64,000 nucleotides of DNA from Andalucia godoyi And28 (lineage: Eukaryota; Protista; Jakobida): NCBI GenBank assembly GCA_009859145.1, contig VRVR01000031.1:1-64000 (forward strand), given 5' to 3'. The notes beneath the pieces were generated by a model. It did no database searches, was not told the origin of the DNA, and saw only the letters and a list, made by a program, of their open reading frames with translations. Positions 56,055 through 64,000 of the stretch are shown piece by piece. The first letter of the stretch is position 1; every line of letters starts with the position of its first letter. The position numbers and the translations under genes were made by a program.

Positions 56055-57605
56055 ATGCCGTGCAGCAACTGCGGACGAAGTGGGCACAATATTTGGACTT
56101 GCCCAGAGAATGCTACTGCCAGTTCGCGGTCCGTGCGACACTGTTCACTGTGTGGTGAGACGGATCACGACAAGCGGACCTGTCCACGAGCAGATACTGT
56201 GAGCTGCTCTGGTTCTTCAAGGAGCAGTATTTCGTCTGGTCGCTGCTGCGGAATTTGTGGAAGAGAGGGTCACTATCGCACTACTTGCCCTTATGCGGAC
56301 ACCATTAGTCAGCACAGCTGCGGCAGCTCCGCAAGTTCGAATCGTTCACGTGGCACGAAAAATCGGAGCCGCGAATACGGATATCCATCTGATGGCTCAG
56401 ACTCGGACGATTCCTCAACTGCCTCACTTTCTCGTGCGATTCCGACTATTGTTATTCGTGATCGTTTTCCGTCCAATGAATCTTCGGATTTACAGAGGCA
56501 GCTGTTCGAGATGCAAGAACAATTTCGTCAACGTGAAGAACGGGAACGTCGGGAGCGGGAAGAACGGGAACGTCGGAAGAGAGAGACATCCGCCCGAACT
56601 TCTTCCGTTCGTAGTGGTGCAGGTTCTCTCGCTATTGGTGGTGACCGTGCCTCGGACTTTGAAGTACTCGAGAAGCTTGGTTCTGGCGGGTTTGGACAAG
56701 TGTACAAGGTCAAGCGCTACCGTGATGGTACGGAGTATGCGCTCAAGCAGATCCCAATGAATCGAGAATCGAGTCTGCTGGTCAATGAGGTTTTCGTCAT
56801 GAAAACCCTGAACCACAAGAACATTCTGAAATTCGAAGACGCGTGGTTGGGTAACAAGGAAATGTATCTCCTGCTGGAACTGTGCAGTGGAGGATCATTG
56901 TATGACTTTTTTGATGCTGCCTACGAGGCAGCATCCGTTTGTGCGGATCCGAAATCGTTTCAGAACCCTTTCCTTTTGCCAGGAAACTTGGAAGCAATGC
57001 TTTTTGATCTCGTTGGTGCTATTGCTTACTGCGAAGCCAAGAATATCGTTCACGCAGACATCAAACCGGACAATATTCTCTTGTCGCAGATTCCTGCCGA
57101 TGGCGGCAAAACGATGATGGAAATCCCAAAACTTGCTGATTTTGGTCTTGCCAATATGATTTCTCTCACGAAAACTCATCTTTCCAAACGACTTGGAGGA
57201 ACTTCTGGATACATGGCTCCAGAAGTGCTTCTGGGGGAAACGGCAGACACTCGTGCAGATGTGTACTCCCTTGGAGTAACCTTCTGGCAGTTAGTGACCT
57301 TGCGTCATCCCTTTCAAGGCAAGACTGAAGTTCAAATTCACGAATTTCTCAAAACGAGCCAACTTTCGCTTTCTTCGGCTGATTTGCCAAATCTCGTGTA
57401 TCGAAACATCATTAATTCAATGTTGTCGAATGACAAGAAAAACCGTCCGAAAGCTTCACAGATTTTGGATCAACTGAGCCGGAACGGTTTGTCACGACCA
57501 GCAGCTGCAACAACGTCTACTTTTCGAGTGAGTGCAGCAAACTCTTCAATGAAAGCTTCAGGATCCGCGCTGAATACCAAGAAAGTTGCGTCTTTCTTTG
57601 GTTAA
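56055..57605 (+). CDS. Three CCHC zinc knuckles + charged coiled coil + Ser/Thr kinase (NEK/eIF2alpha-kinase-like subdomains)
   Basis: CSNCGRSGHNIWTC, CSLCGETDHDKRTC, CGICGREGHYRTTC. LGSGGFGQV, YALK, HADIKPDNILL, LADFG, GTSGYMAPE, DVYSLG. Confidence 0.9.
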   Translation: MPCSNCGRSGHNIWTCPENATASSRSVRHCSLCGETDHDKRTCPRADTVSCSGSSRSSISSGRCCGICGREGHYRTTCPYADTISQHSCGSSASSNRSRGTKNRSREYGYPSDGSDSDDSSTASLSRAIPTIVIRDRFPSNESSDLQRQLFEMQEQFRQREERERREREERERRKRETSARTSSVRSGAGSLAIGGDRASDFEVLEKLGSGGFGQVYKVKRYRDGTEYALKQIPMNRESSLLVNEVFVMKTLNHKNILKFEDAWLGNKEMYLLLELCSGGSLYDFFDAAYEAASVCADPKSFQNPFLLPGNLEAMLFDLVGAIAYCEAKNIVHADIKPDNILLSQIPADGGKTMMEIPKLADFGLANMISLTKTHLSKRLGGTSGYMAPEVLLGETADTRADVYSLGVTFWQLVTLRHPFQGKTEVQIHEFLKTSQLSLSSADLPNLVYRNIINSMLSNDKKNRPKASQILDQLSRNGLSRPAAATTSTFRVSAANSSMKASGSALNTKKVASFFG

Positions 57606-58181
57606 CACTTTCAACTCTATTTTCGGATTTGCATTTATGTATGTTTCCTTCCTAATGCTCTCGATTTTCGTAAAGTGTGTGTTATTTTTGACAAACCCAT
57701 ACTGCAACGATTCCATATTTTTATTCAAAAACACCTTGGTTTTCCGAATTTTACCAACAATCTTTCGTTCGTTGATTGTCGAGGAAATCCACAAGATATG
57801 AATCGGAATGCTGGATTCCGAGTCTTTGAATCTGCAGTAAAGAGAGGGAGAGAGAGAAATGGATCGAGGAGCGGTGTTGGTTGTTGGTTCTGGGGTTTAC
57901 CATCAAGCTGGAACAAGCGTTCGGGGCTCGCCCAGTGCTACTTGCGGATATCGCTCTCGAGCAACTGGAGAGAAAATCGCCCACACTCCGTGTTACAACA
58001 CCTAGACCCAGTATGAAACATACGGCAAGGAAAAGCAGTGAAGACATGACGAAGACACAGTGCAGGAAACTTGTAGAGTCCAAAGAATTCGATTGGGTGC
58101 TGTTAGCTGCTTGAGCCGATACTGTGCTGTCGAGTCGCCCAAGCGGCTGTCGCGAAGCAGTCGGCGGCAAAGGCCACACCT

Positions 58182-59800
58182 TCACGTCAAAGAATTTCTC
58201 GATGCGTTCGGCGGAAACCACTTCACGAACCTATTTCCGGACTTCGTCCAAAATGTTCCGCTGCAGGAATTTCTCTCAATGTCTCGATGCGATAATGTAA
58301 AATAACTGGGGCTCCGGAAGATGGGTCGATGACGCAAATACGGAAACGCTTGCATTACGAATGCACCATACAGGTTACCGGGTCCTTTCAAAGGATTTTG
58401 GGCGTTTTCATCGTCGACGAATTCGGCTGCCATCAGTTTCACACGCTCTGCACTGTCCATCGTCCGGTGGAAGCAATTGATTTTCGTAAAACAGAGTTCG
58501 AACACATCCATCATCCACTTGGCTGATCCTTCCTTCAACTCATCGAGAAGAGATTCTACGACACAAGGACGTGCTGCGAGGACTTCCTTAACATCTGCTG
58601 ATTGCTCCATCAAAGTCTCGAAACGGTGGAGGACAAAGGCAGCTCGGACATAGCCTGCGAGAAAGCCCTTTGCTTCGAATACCGAACACTGCGTTCGAGC
58701 TTCTTCAAGCTGGCGAACAAAGTCTGTTCGTGCCTCTCCAAAGCAGCAGTTCTGTTGGGCAGAAGGAATTGCCGCTTGGCGTGCAGTAAAAACCGAGCAA
58801 TCACATCGAAGCTATCAAATGGAGAAAATGAATTGTCCTTGTCTCGGAGAAACAACGAAGAAAGCGATCTCTCTGAAATTTTCTGCGCACGGAACCAGTA
58901 AAGAACATCTACCAGGTCCGAAGCCGAACCAGAGTCGATAACTTTGAGGATCTCTGGGATTCCCAGAAAATTTAAGATCTCATCAAGCACTGGAACCGAA
59001 GGGGGCAAGCGATATGCACTGGGAAACTTCACATCGACGATGCGCATGACGTCGTCGAGGCGAATAGCAGTACTTTCCTGGACAAAGAACTTCTCGACTT
59101 GATCGCAAGAATAAAACATTTCAGGTTACAAGATTTCTCTGAGAAATTGCTCAAATTCTGCTTCCGATAAAGACCCAGCCAAGTTGAACTTCTCCGATAT
59201 GTCTTCAATCAATTTCAGGCAGTCATCGAACATTATAATTAACAGTCTGTGAGATCTCAGTCGGAAATTCGTTGGAAGCGATTTCAGTGGAACGCGCTCT
59301 GCGCAACAGCAAAGAAGATCAAAGAGTAGAAGACCACGAAGATGCCAAGACTGACATAAGACATGCAGGGGGGAAACAGAGAAAAAACAAAAGCGAAAAA
59401 CAACCCAGCAAAGAAGAGCGGGTGCGGAAAAGCACATATTCCTGCTGGGCTGTTGGACTGTGGGTGCGCCCAACTGCAGTTGTCTGCGTGTGTAACATGT
59501 AGAGCCATCCAGACACCGAATCTTGTTAGGATTCGCGATATCGGCAAAAAGTGCACGATGCATGTGGTTGTCAGTGGCTCCGGTGATCTGCTCCCACGGA
59601 CCCTGAGGAGTAGAAATAACACGGAGAAAAAATCGGGAATGTCTCTGCAGTTCTGGTCGCTGCAGCATCCAGTTGCGGCATTGGCGTTGGTGGTGACCAT
59701 CAAACCTGTCATGCATGGGTGAATACATCTTCGATGCAACCAGTTGAGCGAAAGCTGGAACGTGGCAATGTCTGAACTCTGAACATCCATCCCAACTCCG
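58182..59800 (-). pseudogene. Interrupted gene of unknown family (pseudogene or unresolved splicing)
   Basis: The 59126-59803 and 58610-59119 ORFs are in the same frame, separated by one TAA (REIL*PEMFY). 58182-58613 continues after a frame change. A pyrimidine-rich, intron-like tract lies at about 59290-59430. Confidence 0.35.
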
Positions 59801-59913
59801 CATAGCCGCAGGCTCCGCATGCAGGGACTGTTTCTTTTCTTTTTCAAGAAAACTGTTTTTTTCTTCGCTTTCAAACTGCGAAATCGGCGTTGGAGGTTTT
59901 GCAAATCTTTAAC

Positions 59914-62900
59914 ATGGAAAGGATGGAATCCATTACTTCCGTGAAGTTAGAGTTTTCAAAATGGTCGTTTCATACCGACACCTATATGTGCCTGCATCTC
60001 ACTGTATCTTCGTCAGAAGGCAAACAGCCTGATCTGGAGAAATTTTCTTTTGAGCTGGGCCCGGATTTCACCGATGACTCTGTTCACATTCGAACGAGGA
60101 TCTTGAGCTGGCTTTCACGCCGATTTCACTCCTTTTCTGATTTGTGGAAAGTTGATGTTTCGGAAATTCTCATCCAGCATCACGTCAATGAAGCGATGTT
60201 CGTCCATTGGTGGTCGAGATGCCAAGCCTGGGACGGGGCTCGCGTCTGTGTTGTCTTTTCAGAGGCCGCTACACAACGCTCTGTTTTCCGTAGACCTGCT
60301 TATCTGATTAATTCGAATTCTCCACGGTGGACATCGTTGCGCGACTGTCAGCAAGGAGCTCTGGTGAGCATCGTGCAAGAGTTTTTCAGTCATGGGACGC
60401 GAAATCCGGAATCGATGGTCATGCCGATTGTTTCACTGCCAACAGGATCTGGCAAGAGCCGAGTCATGTTCTATGCGCCGTTTATGCTGCGTGTTCCAGG
60501 GCCGTGCTTGATTGTGACACCGAATCCAGCTGTCTCGGAATCCGTGTATGCGGATTTGCAGAGGGAATCTGCTGCTCAGGGGATGGAGGTTTCCGATGAC
60601 CGTTTTCGACCAGCGCGCGTGATCCAACTATCGGAGACCGTTGCTGCAGCCAGCCGAAACTCGAGTGAGTTGCAAGACTGCGACTTCATTGTTGGTAACA
60701 TCCACCGAGTGACTTCCGATGACAGTAAGAAATGGGTTCAGAGGTTTGGTCATGTGGGCCTTGTGTGCATTGACGAAGCTCATCATTTGAATGCTCAGAT
60801 GTGGAATGACATTGAAGCCCGTTGCGGCGAATTAGGAATTCCTGTAATCGCTCTTTCTGCGACACCTTTCCGTTGCGAAGACAGCAAATTGGTGGAGATC
60901 GAAGACCTTGTTGATCGAGCCAAAATGGTATTCACGTACGAACTTGGAAATGCAGTCCAGAATGAATATGTCAAACAGATTGAGTGTATACAGATATCTC
61001 CGGAAAAGGCGAAATTTTCCAAACAGACTCGTAGTGCAAACAATGATGATGATGACGACGACGATGATAGCGATGATGATGAAATCGTGTTCAGTCGCAG
61101 GCAACTCCAAGAACATTCTCATCGCGCTCCTTTCTGCAAGATGTTTTTGGAATCGGAGGAAGTTCGTCGAGCTGTGGTGCTTGCCGCATGCGAGAAGTTG
61201 CATGAACTTCGAAGTCTCGCGGAGAGGGTTCCACACAAAGCTTTGATTTTCCTACCCTCCGGCGGTCCCCCAATGGACGAGTGGGTCGAATTGGTGGAGT
61301 CGTGGATTTGTGAGCAGGGATACAGCAACCTGCGAGTCACTGGTATAGATTCATCAGTCTCTTCCAGTGGGGAACGAAATCTTCGACTGGGAAGGTTTGA
61401 ACAAGACAGATACCAAGTGCTGTTGTGTAAGGAAATGATTTCGGAAGGATACGACCATCGTTACATTAGTGTGATCTGTGTCTTGGAACGGGTGAATCCA
61501 ACCTCGGGGCTTCGGAAATTCATCCAGCGAGTGGGACGTTTGTTGCGGCGCATTCCGAGCCTGGAATCAGCAGATTCTTCACGCCGAGCACTGCACAACA
61601 CCGGGTACATTATCGGACATGAGTTCAGTAATGTTAAAAAGGGTCTTAAAGTGATGGAGAACAGTGTTACGAACTGGGTGACTGACACGTTTGACGAAGT
61701 TGGCAACCTTGTCGCTGCTCTCAGAGGTCTCAAACTTGTGGAAGCGTCAAAAACAAAGGTTGTTTCTTATAGCCCAAAGTTTCACTCCGAAAATGTCAAG
61801 CGAGTTTCTTTGGACGGCAGGGACATGCGGTCATCACCCTTGAAACCGAATGCGTTCAGACTTCTTTGGTTTTCGTCCCGCTTCCAGAATGGGGATTCAA
61901 GATTTCCTTCGGATTTCAGCGTTGCGCTTCCGGACATGATTATTCCAAGACTGCCAGAACGTACTGTGACGCAGTCGTGGTCCGCAACAGTTGGACTGCT
62001 TCTGGATCAATTAAAAGGTTTGCTGCGGTCCTTGAGTCCAGCCTTTTTCGGTGTTGCTGCTGCTGATGTGAATGGTGATAGCGGTCTGCACGTTGCGTAC
62101 GGTCGTGATACGAGAACTCGGTTTCCAGTTTCCCAATTGACAGCAGAAAGCCTTGGCCAGTGGCTGTTGGAGAATGTCACAGACCTGAGGCAGGTGACCG
62201 TGTTCGTTTGGCATCCGCAATTCACAGAAGTACCAGAGCGTGCAACATCGGCCTCTTCGAACCCTTCGGCAGACCAGCAGGAGTTCCGGAACATCAGTAA
62301 TTCATGGTACGCGCTGTCGTCATTGGAACTTATGGAACGAGTGCTTCGTGATCGAGAAGAGTGGATACGATACCATGAGCTGTTTCGAAACCTTCGCCAA
62401 ACATGGTCCAGTAGCATCGTTCCATATCGAATCATTGCTGATGAGATTTTCAATAGCAGCGTATATCAAAAAGCAAGAACGAGTAATCCTCCTGTCGTCT
62501 ATGACTTTGGTTGCGGTCCAGAATTTCGTTTGTATCGAGAATTTCAGACGAGAAATATGTCCATTGACTATCACGGCTTTGACCTGATCGACATTCGACC
62601 CGAATTTGATGTGCCGCCGATGGTGCAGTTCCATTTAGCCAATGTTGCGGAGTCAGCAGGCATGCCCCATGAGACTGCCAACTTTGTGGTCCTTTCGCTT
62701 TCTTTCATTTGTCGGGATTGGCGTTTGATGATACAGGAGGCCATCCGGCTTCTGAAGGTTGGTGGCCGCTTAGTCGTGTTTGATCTCCAACATTTGTCGG
62801 GGCATATCGTTGAACATTTGTCCGCTCTTTCGGAGGGCTCCTATTGCATGGAGCAACATTTGTCGACCGTCAACCACGGAGAAATGTTCTCTTCGCTGTC

Positions 62901-62922
62901 GTTTTGGAAAGCAAGCGTCTGA
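59914..62922 (+). CDS. SF2 (type III Res/DExH-like) helicase fused to a C-terminal Rrp8-like class I SAM methyltransferase
   Basis: LPTGSGKS, IDEAHH, LSATPFR, EMISEGYD and FIQRVGRLLR helicase motifs. MTase: VYDFGCG, HGFDL, NFVVLSLSF, IQEAIRLLKVGGRL. Confidence 0.85.
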   Translation: MERMESITSVKLEFSKWSFHTDTYMCLHLTVSSSEGKQPDLEKFSFELGPDFTDDSVHIRTRILSWLSRRFHSFSDLWKVDVSEILIQHHVNEAMFVHWWSRCQAWDGARVCVVFSEAATQRSVFRRPAYLINSNSPRWTSLRDCQQGALVSIVQEFFSHGTRNPESMVMPIVSLPTGSGKSRVMFYAPFMLRVPGPCLIVTPNPAVSESVYADLQRESAAQGMEVSDDRFRPARVIQLSETVAAASRNSSELQDCDFIVGNIHRVTSDDSKKWVQRFGHVGLVCIDEAHHLNAQMWNDIEARCGELGIPVIALSATPFRCEDSKLVEIEDLVDRAKMVFTYELGNAVQNEYVKQIECIQISPEKAKFSKQTRSANNDDDDDDDDSDDDEIVFSRRQLQEHSHRAPFCKMFLESEEVRRAVVLAACEKLHELRSLAERVPHKALIFLPSGGPPMDEWVELVESWICEQGYSNLRVTGIDSSVSSSGERNLRLGRFEQDRYQVLLCKEMISEGYDHRYISVICVLERVNPTSGLRKFIQRVGRLLRRIPSLESADSSRRALHNTGYIIGHEFSNVKKGLKVMENSVTNWVTDTFDEVGNLVAALRGLKLVEASKTKVVSYSPKFHSENVKRVSLDGRDMRSSPLKPNAFRLLWFSSRFQNGDSRFPSDFSVALPDMIIPRLPERTVTQSWSATVGLLLDQLKGLLRSLSPAFFGVAAADVNGDSGLHVAYGRDTRTRFPVSQLTAESLGQWLLENVTDLRQVTVFVWHPQFTEVPERATSASSNPSADQQEFRNISNSWYALSSLELMERVLRDREEWIRYHELFRNLRQTWSSSIVPYRIIADEIFNSSVYQKARTSNPPVVYDFGCGPEFRLYREFQTRNMSIDYHGFDLIDIRPEFDVPPMVQFHLANVAESAGMPHETANFVVLSLSFICRDWRLMIQEAIRLLKVGGRLVVFDLQHLSGHIVEHLSALSEGSYCMEQHLSTVNHGEMFSSLSFWKASV

Positions 62923-64000
62923 ATGAAAACGGGGATTCATTCGAGTTGCAAGAGCAGGTTGTAGCTTCAGGAAGTTTTTGAGTTTAATTGATTGTCAGAG
63001 GCATTTCAGATTCTCCGACGGTCCAGTAAGCATGTTGTTTCTGTACCAGGTTTCTGCGTCCCTTATTTGTAAAAGAGGTTTTGTGTGTTGATTCTTTCGC
63101 GTTATCAGCAGACGAATTCCCATCTTGGTGAACGTTTCTATTCTCTTGTGTACTTGTCACCGAGTTTCACACTCTCATTTTCCAGATTGTACGATCCACA
63201 TACACTAAAGGGTTGTCTGCACAATCGTCGACGGGCAGATTCATTGGAGCATTTTGCAAGAGCTGGAGGGCAGAATCTCGGTGGATTCCCACGAGAACTT
63301 GTCCATCCTCCGAACTGCAGTAGGTTTTGAACTCATCTCCGAGGGCAGTGACACTTTTGTGTGTCGTCCACATGTGAAGTGATTCCAAGATACTCGAATC
63401 GATCGCCATGGCACTTCCATGCTACTGCACTTTTGACAGACACCCTTCAACACCCAAGAGAGAAAACCGAAAATCGGCTTAAAAGACTGCACCCTAGATG
63501 AGCCGGTATGACTTCAGAACTGATCAGTGCATCCTCCCAGGCCATTGCTTTATAGGTACCAGTGTTGTCCTTTGCAGCTGCAGTGGAGACTCGTCTTCAT
63601 CCACCAAGTCCGGTGCATTCACGTCCGTCCTTGTTAACTGATCACTATCGTACGCAGTGCAATTTATTCATTGTAACAAAGTAAACAAAAGTTCAACGAC
63701 GGAAAAATCTCTACAGTAAATCGTCAACAAAACCAGTAGATAACATAATAGCCTCGGAGGGACGAAAAAGAATGCACACGAATTCATTCTTTTGGTCTGT
63801 CGAGGTTTCAGTAGGAACCAAAATTGGAAGAATCATAAACAGCCGGTATGTCTCCCTGCATTTTTTGCTGCCACCCAATTTCTCACGAAGGCGAGTGCTG
63901 GCAGGGGTCGATGGGCTTCTTTTCGATCCGCTCACTGTGTCGCAAAATCAAGCATAACGTTGGACATAAATCCTGTGTTCATAGGATTGCAAAGGCACGT

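Noticed and set aside
1-64000. Alternative genetic code (stop readthrough) to explain in-frame TAA/TGA at 86, 4680 and 59126
   Set aside because: A 4,800-codon ORF and many other long ORFs contain no internal stops and end at sensible domain boundaries. The interrupted genes also carry frameshifts or multiple stops, so decay is simpler.
1-64000. Whole window as a giant virus or endogenous viral element
   Set aside because: No capsid, packaging ATPase, DNA polymerase B, primase or viral transcription genes were recognised, and spliceosomal introns and typical eukaryotic genes are present. Only single genes look virus-like.
63085-64000. Possible ankyrin-like remnant on the minus strand near 63500-63640
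   Set aside because: The resemblance is slight and interrupted by stops; it cannot be supported.

Overview
This is a gene-dense, intron-poor eukaryotic window of roughly 50% GC; it looks like a protist genome, but I cannot name the organism. Evidence for a eukaryote: two short GT-AG introns can be reconstructed, and there are RING, ubiquitin-like, kelch, TKL-kinase and RNF213-type genes. No rRNA, tRNA or CRISPR features were recognised. The left part holds a decayed gag-like ORF, an L-asparaginase with a long unknown N-terminus, a TPR pseudogene, a kelch protein and a GIY-YIG nuclease with four zinc knuckles. It also has a Crinkler-type REase+kinase, a 7TM gustatory-receptor-like channel, an LCAT-like hydrolase with Cys at the catalytic Ser position, and a Cys-repeat multipass surface protein. 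An apparently intact IS630/Tc1-mariner transposon follows (75-bp TIRs, TA target duplication). The core (26.5-52 kb) is a tight run of stress/immunity-type genes: a vWA protein, an intronless ~4,800-aa RNF213/mysterin-like AAA+ protein with an RZ finger but no recognisable RING, a convergent pair of RING-Ubl-effector genes (TerD and GATase-like), an LRR-coiled-coil-TKL kinase and an ankyrin-ClpB-type AAA+. The right part has a 5'-truncated vWA gene, a zinc-knuckle kinase, degraded ORFs and an SF2 helicase-methyltransferase fusion. The best candidate for an undescribed system is the RNF213-centred cluster with its two RING-Ubl partners. All family calls come from motif recognition by eye, not database searches.
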